Numbered from the stretch's first letter, positions 1-12,539 are shown. The stretch is 64,000 nucleotides of DNA from Octopus sinensis (GCF_006345805.1 NC_043003.1:42470001-42534000); one strand, 5' to 3'. Notes: generated by a model from the sequence alone, not told the origin. Numbers and translations are program-made.

Positions 1-176
1 CCTCACAAGGTGACTATTTTGAAGGAGATGATGTCAAAACTTAGGTATATGAATTAATATTTTATTAAACATTACTAGTTCAGGAACCTTTTCCTATCAC
101 CTTATGTTTTCTCCATCATGTGGTTCTGGGTACCATCATACTATTTATTGGCATCTTCAGAAAGTTTTTCTTTGCC

Positions 177-648
177 ACAGCAGGTATTGCAGTGTGGCTA
201 AGATGTCCTCTTTGCAACCACGTGATTTCAGGCTCATCGCCACTGCGCGGCACCTTAAGTACGTATCTTCAACTATAATCCCAGGCTGACTTATGAGTGA
301 ATTTAGTGGACGATAACAGCGTGAACCTCGTCGTATACATACAGACACACACACACAGACACACACACACACGCAGACACACACACACACATAAATGCAT
401 GTGTGTGTGTGATTATGCGTATATTTGTGTTTGCCCACCCAAAACGGCCTGATAAACAGTGTTGGTTTGTTTATACCCTGTAACGTACCGGTTCAGCAAG
501 AGAGAACAATAGAATAAGTACCAGCCTTGTTTTGGTAATTTCTTTTTTCTTTTAAATATGAACAAGGATTGATTTGTTCGGCTAAAACATTGAAGGTGTT
601 GGTGCCCCAGCATGGCTACAGTTCAATAACTGAACCAAAACGAGCATT
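177..648 (+). mobile_element. tRNA-derived SINE family A, highly degenerate copy
   Basis: Colinear with the clean copy at 4797-5250: head (CAGTGTGGCTAAGATG...CCACTGCGCGGCACC), central CA microsatellite, 3' half ending AACTGAACCAAAAC. Confidence 0.7.
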
Positions 649-1262
649 TATGATAATTTCTTTGTCATAGATATTTGGTAAATGGAAATTGCGTAGAAGC
701 TCTTGGGATGGACTGTACATGTAACTCATTTAATCAGCCATGTCACATTTCAATGGCTCTCATATAACATGAGAATTATATCAAGTCTATACTCGTCTGA
801 GGTATATTCAACCACTTACATTGTTATTCAAATAGTTGGCTGTTGAGTTGAGCTGATCTAACAACTGCAGTTTTCACTCACCGTAGAAACCGACGAAAAC
901 CCATTTACTTTCAAAGCGGATGAGAGAGATAGGGGGGAGAGAGAGAGACAGACAGAAAACATGTTGAAAGAGAGAAAAAAAGGTGCTTCTGTTAATAAAA
1001 AAAAACTGAAGAAATGCAGTCAGAGAGAGAGAGAGAAAGAAAGAGAACAAGAATGTTTGAAAGAGAGAGAGAGAGGGGGGAAGATAGCAGTAAAGGTGAA
1101 AGACAGAAAGAGTGATAGGGGGAGTGAACGCAAAAGTGATAATGGTAGGAGTAATAAAGAAATAGTAAGAGATCTCAGGGAGGGGTAGGATGCAATCTGC
1201 AATGTGTTTTTGTTACAATAAAAAATGTAGCAATGCAGAGAGAGAGAGGGAGAGAGAATGAG

Positions 1263-1293
<31 letters not shown>

Positions 1294-1429
1294 GGAGAGA
1301 AAGAGAGGAGAGATATAGGGAGATCAGAAGCATTATGAATGCTGAGTGCACCCGTTTTGTTGCAATAAAATGCTGCGAGGCAGAGAGAGAAAGAATAAAG
1401 GAATGAGAAAAAAGAAAAAGAAAGAGAGG

Positions 1430-1468
<39 letters not shown>

Positions 1469-1698
1469 GTATGTGTGTGTATGTGTGTGAGCGTGTGTGT
1501 GTGTGTGTATGAGGCAGTGTTAATGAAGATGAGAAAAGAGGTAAGGAGAAAATGAAAGGCTGATAGAGTAAGCGGAATACATAATGCAGTGTGCAGTGTT
1601 GATGCAGTTGCAATAAATTACAGCAGTGCATAGTGTTTGTGTATGGGTGTATGAGTGTGCGTGCGTGTGTGTGCGTGTCCGTGTGTGTGTGTGTGTGT

Positions 1699-1751
<53 letters not shown>

Positions 1752-1869
1752 TGTGTGCGTGTGTGTCTATGAGATGCGGTGTGCACCGAAGGGATGTAGA
1801 TGCGGTATTGCAGTTCTGAATGGAATGAATGCTTGCTTTGCTAAAGTGCAGCACTATAAAGAACGAGAA

Positions 1870-2520
1870 TGAGATGGTGGTGGTGGTGAGAGAGAAAGAG
1901 TGGGTGAATGAGAGAGAGAGGAGAAGAGTAGAGACAGAGAGAGAGAGAAAGGGAGACAGAGGATGAGGGAGAAAATAGTAGATAGAGAAAGAGAGAGAGA
2001 GAGAAGAGAGAGAATATGTGAGAGAATGGTAAAGAGAGAAAAAAGAGAACGAGATGGTGGTGGTGGTGGTGAGAGAAAAAGAGTGAGTGAATGAGAGAGA
2101 GAGAGAGAAAAGTAGAGAAAGAAAGAGAGAGAAAGGGAGAATGAGTGATAAAATAGATAGAGAAAGAGTGAGAGAATGATAGAGAGAGAAAAAGAGAAAG
2201 AGATTGAGAAGATGGTGGTGAGACGGGGAGAGAAAAGTAGAGAGAGAAAAAGAGAGAAAAGGAGAATGAGTGAGAAAATAGTAGATAGAGAAAGAGTGAG
2301 AGTAAGAGAAAGAATATGTGAGAGAATGGTAGAAAGAGAGAAAAAAAGAAAGAGATTGAGAAGATGGTGGCGAGACGGGAAGAGTGAGTGAATGTGGGAG
2401 AGAAAAGTAGAGAGCGAAAGGGAGAATGAGTGAAAGAATAGTAGATAGGAGAAATAGTGAGACAGAAACTGAGTGAGAGAATTGTAGATAGAGATAGAGT
2501 GAAAGAGGGAGAGAGAATGG
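1870..2520. repeat. GA-rich minisatellite, about 150-180 bp period, about 4 units, within (GA)n/(GT)n tracts
   Basis: GATGGTGGTG-anchored unit recurs near 1870, 2051, 2210 and 2361 with a shared GAGAATATGTGAGAGAATGGTA block. Confidence 0.75.
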
Positions 2521-3434
2521 CAGAGAGAGAAAAAGAGAAAGAGGATGAGTGAGAAAATGGCAGAAACAGGGAAAGAGAGGATGAATGAAAGAATGATAGA
2601 GAGATAAAGAGAGAAAGAGAGAGAAAGAGAGAGGAAAAGAGAATGAGTGAGAGGATGCCAGAGAGAGAGAGAGAGAGACAGAGAGAGAGAAATGAGTGAA
2701 AGACTGGCGGAGAGAGAGAAATACAAACAGCGAGAGAAAGACAGTGAAAGAAATAATGAAAGAGAAAGAAGAGAGAGAGAGAGAGAGGGAGAGAGAGCAG
2801 AAGCATGTAAACATGCAATGTGCAGCAGTTGTTAATGGTGAGAGATATAAGGAGATTTATACAGAGAGAGAGAGAGAGAGAGAGAGGAAGACATGTAGAA
2901 GTAGAGGTAGGAGGGAACGGAATGAGACTGGTGTTTTGGGGCCTATTGATTCTAAACATGTATATATATCATCACACACCAGCACACCACCGCTATTAGA
3001 CTATCAACAGTACCGCCACTGCCCCCACTGCCGCCGCCGCCACCGCCATTACCATCACTGCATAAGCTGTGTGCCACCTATATGTCACTATTAAAGAGCA
3101 CTAACGCTACACCGCCATATACTCATCAACAACCACCGCCACACAAGCACCGACATCGCAACGACACCATTCGCAGGATCATTATCACCACAACAATCAT
3201 CAATAGAACCAGCAGCAGCAACAGCAGCAGCAGTAGCAACAGCAGCAACCGCACCACAACCAGCAACATCACCACAAACAGCAGTACCGCTGCCATTCCC
3301 CGCCACCGAAACCTCTATCACAACAAACACCATTGCCCCCTACCACCATCGCCAGCAGCGCCACTATAAGCATCATTCATGACACCGCCGCTGCCTCCAG
3401 CAACAGAAGACAACAACCAAGAAAGGAACAAGAC

Positions 3435-4045
3435 GCGGTGAGCTGGCGGAAACGTTAGCACGCCGGGCGAAATGCTTAGCAGTATTTCGTCTGCCGCTAT
3501 GTTATGAGTTCAAATTTCGCCGAGGTCGACTTTGCCTTTCATCCTTTCGGGGTCGATAAATTAAGTACCAGTTACGCACTGGAGTCGATATAATCGACTT
3601 AATCCTTTTGTCTGTCCTTGTTTGTCCTCTCTGTGTTTAGCCCCTTGTAGGTAGTAAAGAAATAGGTATTTCGTCTGCCGCTACGTTCTGAGTTCAAATT
3701 CCGCCGAGGTCAACTTTGCCTTTCATCCTTTCGGGGTCGATAAATTAAGTACCAGTTACGCACTGTAGTCGATATAATCGACTTAAATCCATTTGTTTTT
3801 TTTTGTTTGTTTTTTTTGTTTGTCCTCTCTGTGTTTAGCCCCTTGTGGGTAAAGAAATAGGTATTTCGTCTGGCGTAACGTTCTGAGTTCAAATTCCGCC
3901 GAGGTCGACTTTGCCTTTCATCCTTTCGGGACGATAAATTAAGCACCACGTACGCACTGGGGTCGATGTAATCGACTTAATCCCTGTGCCTGTCCTTGTT
4001 TGTCGCCTCTATGTTTAGCCCCTTGTGGACAAAAGCAATAAGAAA
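3435..4045 (+). mobile_element. tRNA-derived SINE family B, trimeric (head plus 3 bodies)
   Basis: A-box-like TGGCGGAAACG and B-box-like GAGTTCAAAT. Bodies start TATTTCGTCTG at 3483, 3667 and 3862. TSD AAGAAAGG(A/G)ACA at 3419-3430 and 4040-4051. Confidence 0.9.
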
Positions 4046-4137
4046 GGGACATCTGTGTAGTCCTTAGATTTGCTAAAGATAGCAAGTTACAGCAAATTAC
4101 AGTCCTCTGTCTTGGAAAGCGATTGTGACAATGCGAT

Positions 4138-4281
4138 CATAGGCGCAGGTATGGCGGGTAGTAAGAAGTTTCTTTCCGCACCACTGCGTGGTGCCTCCGG
4201 TAAGTGTCTTCTACTGTTGCTTCCAGCTAAAAGAAAGCCCTGTGAGTGGATTCGGTAGACGGAAAGAAGCCGGTCATATAC

Positions 4282-4326
<45 letters not shown>

Positions 4327-4562
4327 TGTGTTTGTGTGCTTGAGTCTCCGTTTCCCTGCCCACTCTACCGCTTGACAACATGTGTTGGCGTGTTTACGCC
4401 GCTATAACATCGCAGTTCGCCAAAAGTGAACGATAGGATGAGTGAACGGCTTAAAAAAAAATAAGACCTGGGATCGATTTGTTTTCTGCTAAAACCCCTC
4501 AAGGTGGAGCTCCATTATGGCCGTAGTCTAATGACTGAAACAAGTAAAAGATAAAAAAGATA
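4138..4562 (+). mobile_element. SINE family A, diverged copy
   Basis: AGGCGCAGG head, GGTAGACGGAAAGAAGCC, central (GT)n, tail ATGACTGAAACAAGTAAAAGATAAAA. Confidence 0.85.
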
Positions 4563-4796
4563 AGTTCCCTAATCATAAGAAAATCTAAGGTGCCACAAGA
4601 TAACCGTAATCTTTGATGACAAATCTGCCCGTTGAAGGCTTGCCTGGGGATAAAAACCAAAAATAAAGAAATGATACGAATACATTATTATGGGCCAACG
4701 AGGGAATCTTTGGGAGGTCAGAAATAGGGGTTAAGAGTCATCAAATTACACGTTTTTCGTGAAAGGTAGTGCATAAGTCAAAGAGGTGTTAATTAT

Positions 4797-4966
4797 AGGC
4801 GCAGGAGTGGCTATGTGGTAAGTAGCCTGCTTACCAACCACATGGTCGTGGGGTCAGTCCCACTACGTGGCACCTTGGGTAAGTGTCTTCTACTATAGAG
4901 TCGGGCCGACCAAAGCCTTGTGAGCGAATTTGGTAGACGGAAACTGGAAGAAGCCCGTCGTATATG

Positions 4967-5011
<45 letters not shown>

Positions 5012-5250
5012 ATGTGTGTGAGTGTGTGTGTGTATGTTTGTGCGTCTGTCCCCCCCCCCCCAGCATCGCTTGACAACCGGTGCTGGTGTGTTTATGTCCC
5101 CGTAACTTAGCGGTTCGGCAAAAGATACAGATAGAATTAGTACTTGGCTTACAAAGAATAAGCCCTGGGTCGATTTGCTCGACAATAAAGGCGGTGCACC
5201 AGCATGGCCGCAGTCAAATGACTGAAACAAGTAAAAGAGACATAAAAGAG
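4797..5250 (+). mobile_element. SINE family A, full length
   Basis: GGCGCAGGAGTGGCTATGTGGTAAG (A box), GGGTCAGTCCC (B-box region), central (TA)n(GT)n, tail ACTGAAACAAGTAAAAGA. Confidence 0.9.
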
Positions 5251-5496
5251 ATAGGGATACAGCAATCAAGAAATAAAAGAGAAAAAGAAAAAGCAATAAA
5301 TAAATAAAACCCTAAGATGATCAGACATGGAATGCCTCAAGATCATAGATTTGCTTAATGCTTGTAGGGTTTGGGCTAAACAGCAATAATAACAAGAATA
5401 ACAACAACAACAACGATGATGACGACGACGACAATGACAGTAATGGATAGACTGTTTTGTCATTGCACACCACACTATGAAATTAACGTTTTCATA

Positions 5497-5848
5497 TAGG
5501 CGTAGGAGTGGTTGTGTGGTAAGTAGCTTGCTTACCAACCACAGGGGTCCGAGTTCAGTCCCACTGCGTGGCACCTTGGGCAAGTGTCTTCTACTATAGC
5601 TTCAGGTCGACCAAAGCCTTGTGAGTGGATTTGGTAGACGGAAATGTATATATATATATGTGTGTGTATATGTTTGTGTGTCTGTGTTTGTCCCCCTAAC
5701 ATCGCTTGTGTTTACGTCGCCGTAACTTAGCTGTTCGGCAAAAAAGACCGATAGAATAAGTACTAGGCTTACAAAGAATAAGTCCTAGGATCGATTTGCT
5801 CGACTAAAGGCGGTGCTCCAACATGGCCACAGTCAAATGACTGAAAAG
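5497..5848 (+). mobile_element. SINE family A copy
   Basis: Same head (GAGTTCAGTCCCACTGCGTGGCACC) and 3' half as 4797-5250. Confidence 0.9.
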
Positions 5849-5869
5849 GATATAGCAATTTCATCACTA

Positions 5870-5928
5870 CACTATCGCCGACACTTTCATCACGGACAAC
5901 ACCAATACTTTTGCTGCTGCTGCTGCTG

Positions 5929-5968
<40 letters not shown>

Positions 5969-7910
5969 AATGCTAACACCTCTACTATCCTCAGCACAAA
6001 TACTGAGAGAAACACTACCGCAATACTGCAAACACTATACTATCACCAACACAGTGGTTGCAAACACCAACCGCTGACTCTACCACCAGCACCACCACCA
6101 TCACTACCACCACCACAACTACCACAACAACCACCACCACAGCCACCATCACAACCATCATTACAACCACCACCGAAAACAACAACAATTACAACCACCA
6201 CCAACACCACCACCACTACCGCCACTACAACTACCACAACAACCACCACCACAACCACCATCACAACAATCACCACTACCACCACCAAAACAACAACAAT
6301 TACAACCGCCACCACCAACAACGACAACAATTACAACCACCACCACTACCATCACCACCACTACCACCACAACCAATACCACACTCAACACCATCCACGA
6401 TAATCACTATACTGATAACGATATAGCATCCACCACTACAACCCACCACCACTACCCCCTCCAACAACCACAACAACTACCTCCACCACCACCACAGCCG
6501 CCACCATCACCACCACCACCACCACAACCATCATTACTACTACCACCACCACCACCAACAACAACAACATCACCATCACCACCACCGAGACTACCACTGA
6601 CACCGTGATTATCACCTCAACCACTACCACTCCTACTACCAGCACCACCACGGATATCAACTGCACAATGTCCAGTCTCACCTCCACCAACAGCACCGTT
6701 GCTACTAGTTCAACCCCTTATACTTTCGCCAATACAACCATTAACTCTGCCAAAGCCGCTACGACCACCATCACCAATACCACGACCAACACTCCACCGC
6801 CATTAATCACCACTCCCTGTAATTCCTATACTCTCACCAACACTACACCATCCCCACCACTGCCACTATTAAAATGATCAAGGCAGTACTACATCACCTA
6901 CTACATCACCGCCAGCATCACGTTACCACTCCGATACAACTTTTGTTGCCGTCACCACCACCAATCCATTGCTATTCAGCTATCAGCACCGCCATCACCA
7001 CCACCGCCAATACCAACACTACTACCACCCAGTCCACTAACACCACTACCACCCAGTCCACTAACACCACCACCACCACCACCACCACCACCACCACCAC
7101 CACCATCGCGATCACCACTATCAACAATCCATCACGATGCTAATCCACCACCACCATCACCACCACCACTACCACCACTACCACCACCACCACCACCACC
7201 ACCATCGCGATCACCACTATCAACAATCCATCACGATGCTAATCCACCACCACCATCACCACCACCACTACCACCACTACCACCACATCACCACCACCAT
7301 CACCACCACCATCACCACCACCATCACCACCACCACCACCACCACCACACCACCACCACTACCCCCGCCACCACCACCTCCACCACCATCGCCAAGAACA
7401 AAAAAAAAACAGCAATCCGTCGCTGTTCAACTATTAGCATCGCCACCAACACTATCACCATCACCATCACCTTGACGACCACCACCACCAATACCAATCT
7501 ATTGCTATTCAACCATTAGTCCCGCCACCAGCATCACCTCCACCAATCCATAACTATACAACTACTGCCGCCGCCACCACCGCCACCATCACCATCTCCT
7601 TCTCCCTCCACCACCACCACCACTACCACCGCCACCACAACCACCGCCGCCGCCACCACCACCAATAACAATAACAACTTCACATTCACCGCCACCAGCA
7701 TCACCACAACTACCATCATCAACAACAACAACCCATCGCTGTTCAACTATTAGCACCCACCGCTAACACATATCACCATCACCATCACCTCCACCATCCA
7801 CGACGATGACGACGACCGTCACCCCCCCCCCATACCCCCACCCCCACCACCACTACTCTCCTCCCCCTCCCCCCCTCCTCCTCCTCCCCCTCCGCCGCCG
7901 CCGCCGCCGC
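5870..7910. repeat. (ACC/AAC/TAC)n trinucleotide low-complexity tract with internal duplications
   Basis: CAC-rich plus strand; about 99-bp tandem duplication near 7103-7300. Confidence 0.9.
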
Positions 7911-8183
7911 TATCATCGTATCTATCTCGGTACAGTGTCTCGGTGGTGTGTGAGATATTACGGCAGAAGATGGAAGAGAAAGAAGGAAGCGAGAAGAAAT
8001 GTCGTGCACATTGATAGCATTCCTCTAGACGTACGACAGTGCACTCTGATGCACCTTCTAATGCATATTGTGATGCACCACCGTCCACCACCCACTTACA
8101 TTCCTTTTCATTCGCGCAATGCCACCAAGTGCAGCTGGCAATTCTTCGAATGCTCTACATGTACATATATCTATATATATCTG

Positions 8184-8217
<34 letters not shown>

Positions 8218-8254
8218 ATATATATATATTTCACCTGTGCGGTATCTGTGCATT

Positions 8255-8472
8255 GTCTGGTGGTGGTGGTGGTGGTGATGGTGGTGGTGGTGATGGTGGT
8301 GGTGGTGATGGTGGTGGTGGTGGTGATTGTAGTGGTGGTTGTTATTGTGGTTATGGTGGTGGCGGAAATGGTGATGGGGTGGAGATGGTGGTGATAATGG
8401 TGGTGGGGGCGGTGGTGGTGTAGTAGCGAAAATGTAGCAAAGGTGTTGCTTGTGATGTAGTGGTGGTGTTGG

Positions 8473-8525
<53 letters not shown>

Positions 8526-11500
8526 TCGGTGGTGACGATGGTTGTGGGAGGGGTAAGTTCAAGAGCGGGGGGTTAGGATTGGGGCGGTTTGTAACGGGGG
8601 TGAGATACTAGACGTGGTGGCGATGGTAGTGGTGATGGTGGCGTGGTAATGGTGATGGTAATGGTGGCGGCGGTGCCAGTGATGCGGTTAATAGATGGTA
8701 TAGATGATGTGACCGTAGTGGTGGCGGTGAGGATGATGGCGATGGTAGTGGTGGTGGCAACGGTGGTTGTGGTGATGAGAGTGGTATTGAAGGTGGGTGA
8801 TGGGGTCTGTTGTAGCGGTGGTTGTGCTTGTGGGGCTGATGCAGGTGGTGGTAATAGTGGTAATTATGGTAGTGATCACAAAGGCAGTGATGGCGGCAGA
8901 GGTGTTGGTGGTGGTGGTGGTGGTGGTAGTGGTGGTGCTGCTGGTGGTGGTGGTGGTGGCAGTGGTGGTGGCAGTGGTGGTGGTGGTGGTGGTGGTGGTG
9001 GTGATGGTGCTTGTGGTGGCAGTAGTGGAAATGGTAGTAATGGTAGAGGTGGTGGTTGTGGTTGTGGTGGCAGTGATGGTGATGGTGGTGGCAGTAGTGG
9101 AAATGGTAGTGATGGCAGGGATGGTAGTGATGGCAGGGATGGTGGTGGTGGTAGTGCTGGTAAGTAAGGCAGCAGCCGAAATAGCCGAGATGGTAAGGGT
9201 GGCGAGGATGGCGTTAAGCAGGTGTTCTTTGTGAATGGTGGGGTTAGTTGCAACAGTGGTATTGGTTGTGGTTTTGTCGGTGATGCAGAAATGGATCCGC
9301 TATAGTGGTAACGGTGGTGGTGGTGGAGGTGATGGGGGTGGGGACGGTGATGGTGGTGTAGCGAAGCCTGTAATGGCGGCACTGGCGATAGCGCTGACGA
9401 TGGTCTTCTTGAAAGAGCTGATGACAATGGTGTCATAATTGTCGAGGGTTTGATGGTATTAGCCAAAGTTATGTTGATGTCGGTGTTGTTGGTGGAGAAG
9501 GTAGTGGTTTTGGTGTCGATTGGGATGCTTATTGTTGTTGTTGTTGTTGTTGTTGTTGGAGATGGTGATGAAGATGCTGGAAGGAGTGCTGTTGATGCAG
9601 CCATTTCTGAAGAAGGTACCGAGAAGATGGTGATCTAATGAAGATAAACCATGGTGGAGAGGGTGTAGTAGTGGTGGTGTTGGTGGTTGTAATGATGATT
9701 GTGGTAGTGGTTGTAGTGGTGGTGGTTGTAGTGTTGGTAGCGGTGGTGGTGGTGGTGATGGTGATGGTGTTGAAGGTGATGGTGGTTGTAGTGTTGGTAG
9801 TGGTGGTGGTGATGGTGATGGTGTTGAAGGTGATGGTGGTTGTAGAGTTGGTAGTGGTGGTGGTGATGGTGATGGTGTTGAAGGTGATGGTGGTGGTGTT
9901 GATGGTGGTGGTGGTTGTGGTAGTGGTTGTTGTAGTGGTGGTTCTAGTGGTAATGGTGGTGGTTGTAGTGATGATGGTGATACTCGTGGAAGTTAAAGTG
10001 ACGGTGGTGGTTACATGGGTGGTTTTGGTGGTAATGGTGGTGGTTGGGGTGATTGTGGCGGCAGTGGTAGTGATCTAGGTGATAGTGGTGGTTGCTTTGG
10101 CGATGTTGTGGTGGTGATGGATACGGTGATCGTGGTGGTGGTGGTGGTTCTTTTGGTGACGTTTGTGGTTGTTGGGGTGGCAGTGGTGATTTCGGTGGTG
10201 GTAGTGGTGGTGATGGTATTGTTCTTGTTGTTGTTGGTTGTGTTGATGGTTGTGGTCGTGATGGTTGTGGTGGTTGCGTTGATGCTATCATTAAGGCGGT
10301 TGTTCTGTTGGAAAAATTCAATTGATATAGTACTGGTGTTATCTATTGTTGTTTAGCCCCAGGCCAATCCAGATGAAGCAGACCTTTAACCAAAGGCATT
10401 CCAGCTATGCCTATGCGACGAAATCCTAAGACCATATCATCTATTGGACCTTTTCTTTTTAATGGGAGGAGATGTGATTTAAAGGCGATTTGACTACTAT
10501 TTTTAAGAAATTCAATGGGGCTCCCGTCTAGTGGTAGTAGATCTTTAGTGCTGGCGATAGTGGTGTAGCGAAAGTTGTTATGCTTGTATAGCGATGGTAG
10601 TAATGGAAGGCGGCGAACTGGCAGGATCATTAGAACGCCGGGCGAAATGCTTAGCGGTATTTCGTCTGCCGTTACGTTCTGAGTTCAAATTCCACCGAGG
10701 TCGACTTTGCCCTTCATCCTTTCGGGGTCGATAAATTAAGTACCAGTTATGCACTGGGGTCGATATAATCGACTTAATCCCTTTGTCTGTCCTTGTTTGT
10801 CCTCTCTGTGTTTAGCCCCCTGTGGGTAGTAAAGAAATGGGTATTTCGTCTGCCGTTACGTTCTGAGTTCAAATTCCGCCGAGGTCGACTTTGCCTTTCA
10901 TCCTTTCGGGGTCGATTAAATAAGTACCATTTACGTACTGGGGTCCATATAATCGACTTAATCCGTCTGTCTGTCCTTGTTTGTCCTCTCTGCGTTTAGC
11001 CCCATGTGGTAGGTAGTAATGGTTTTGTTGTAGAATTACTAGTGAAGTTCTGATAGTGATGGCAGTAATCACATTAGTCTTGTCGTAATTGTAGCGATTG
11101 TAGAGGTGGTGGTGGTGATTATCATGATGTAGTCTTGGTGGTGGTGGTGGTGGTTATGATGATGTAATCTTGGTGGTGCTGCTGCTGATATTGTAACCAT
11201 GGCCAATGATGATGACGGCGGTGGCAGTGTTGGTGATGGTGGTGGTGATAGTTGTGGTGGTGTTAGTGTGGTGGTGGTGGTGGTGATGGCAGCGGTGGTG
11301 GTGGTGGTGGTGGTAGTGAGGTGTAATGAAAGTATTAGTTACGGTGGCACTGTTGGTGTTAGAAGTGGAATTCGTGGCGGTAAACGGCGCTAGCTGCGAT
11401 AAGTTTATAATGGTAGTGACGATGGTCGTGGTGGTGGTAATGGGGGTGTGGTTTGTAGTAGCGAGAATGGTACGAAGGAGGTAGCGCTGGTGGTAGGAGA

Positions 11501-12140
11501 TGTATCGTTACTGGAGATGTTGGTGTTGCTGTTGATGGTGATGGTGGTAGTGGTAGTAGTAGTCGTGTCTGTGGTACGTGACGTAGTGGTGGTGAAGATA
11601 ACTGTGACGGCGTTACATTAGTGGTGATGTTAGTGTTGATGTTTGTGGTAGTATTGGTGGTAGTGTTGCCGGTGATGTTATTGTTGTTGTTGAAGGTGGT
11701 GGTGATATTATAGGGATGGCAGTAGCGGTAGTGGTGCTGGTTTCGGCAGTAGCACAAGGGTGGTTGGTGCCATTGTGATGACGTAGTGTTGGTAATGAAA
11801 ATGTTGCTGTGGCTGTGGTACCGGTAGTGGTTTTGGTGATGGTGTTAGTTGTGCTTTTACTTGTGGTGCTGTTGGTGGTATTGGTTGCGGTGTTAGTGGT
11901 GGTACTGACTGTGGTATTGGTAGTGGTGTTGATGGTGGTATAGGTAGTGGTGTTAGTGGTTGTGGTTTTGGTAGTGATGCTGATAGTGAGGCTAGTGGTG
12001 GTGGTAGTGATGCTGTTATTGCTAGGGGTGGTGGTACTGATATAGTGATGGCGATAGTGGTATTGTGTGGCTAAGTTTTGGCGTTGGCAGCAGTATACTG
12101 GTGGTGGGGGTGATTGTAAAATGTAACAGCTGGTGGCGGT
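8255..12140. repeat. (GGT/GAT/GTT)n trinucleotide low-complexity tract
   Basis: GGT-rich plus strand; 50-60 bp higher-order repeats near 9740-9900; interrupted by SINE B at 10608. Confidence 0.9.
10608..11011 (+). mobile_element. SINE family B, dimeric
   Basis: Head GGCGGCGAACTGGCAG; bodies start at 10658 and 10842 (184 bp apart); TSD GGTAGTAATGG at 10596-10606 and 11012-11022. Confidence 0.9.
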
Positions 12141-12456
12141 ACAGTTCTATATTTAAGAGTTGAGGAATTATGTACATTATTTACATTGTTTACATTATTT
12201 ACATTCGACGGATATTTGTCCTCATCTTGTTTTTTGTTAACACAACGTTTCGGCTGATATAACTTCAGGCCTTCTTCAGGCGTCTCGGGGAAATTTCTAA
12301 CCTGGGTTCTCACTAGGGATGAGAAACCAAGTTCGAAATTTCCCCAAGACACACGAAGAAGGCTGGAGGGTATATCAGCCGAAACGTTGTGTTAACAAAA
12401 AAACAAGATGAGGAAAAATATCCGTCGAATGTGAATAATGTAAATAATGTAAATAA
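12141..12456. mobile_element. Solo fold-back (inverted pLTR pair) of a Penelope-like family, non-coding
   Basis: Arms about 12172-12310 and 12325-12455 are reverse complements; 13-bp TSD AGCTG(G/A)TGGCGGT at 12128-12140 and 12457-12469; hammerhead motif in each arm. Confidence 0.8.
12240..12283 (-). ncRNA. Minimal type I hammerhead ribozyme
   Basis: Minus strand ACGC CUGAAGA A GGC-CUGAAGUUAUAUCA-GCC GAAA CG UU GUGU: intact core, stems I and II, palindromic ACGU stem III. Confidence 0.7.
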
Positions 12457-12539
12457 AGCTGATGGCGGTGTTGGTGGCAGTAGTGGTTTAATGTTGATAG
12501 TGGGCGTGAGGGGGGGTTATTTATAATGGGGTATTAAAT

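Noticed and set aside
961-2959. Long ORFs (203-398 aa) rich in S/L/F or E/R
   Set aside because: Translations of (GA)n/(CT)n/(GT)n microsatellites; no domain content.
3483-4045. SINE B arrays as CRISPR-like or satellite arrays
   Set aside because: No unique spacers; Pol III A/B boxes and TSDs show retroposon origin.
8080-8150. Possible minus-strand micro-exon (AFEELPAALGGIARMKRN followed by GTAAGT)
   Set aside because: Good donor but weak acceptor, no recognisable homology and no partner exons.
5813-10356. Mucin-like Thr/His/Gly/Val-rich ORFs
   Set aside because: Open in several frames on both strands because trinucleotide repeats lack stops; no signal peptide, splice structure or non-repetitive domain seen.
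12349-12392. Plus-arm hammerhead of the fold-back element
   Set aside because: Core reads ACGAAGA; C3 and U4 are lost, so it is not called functional.
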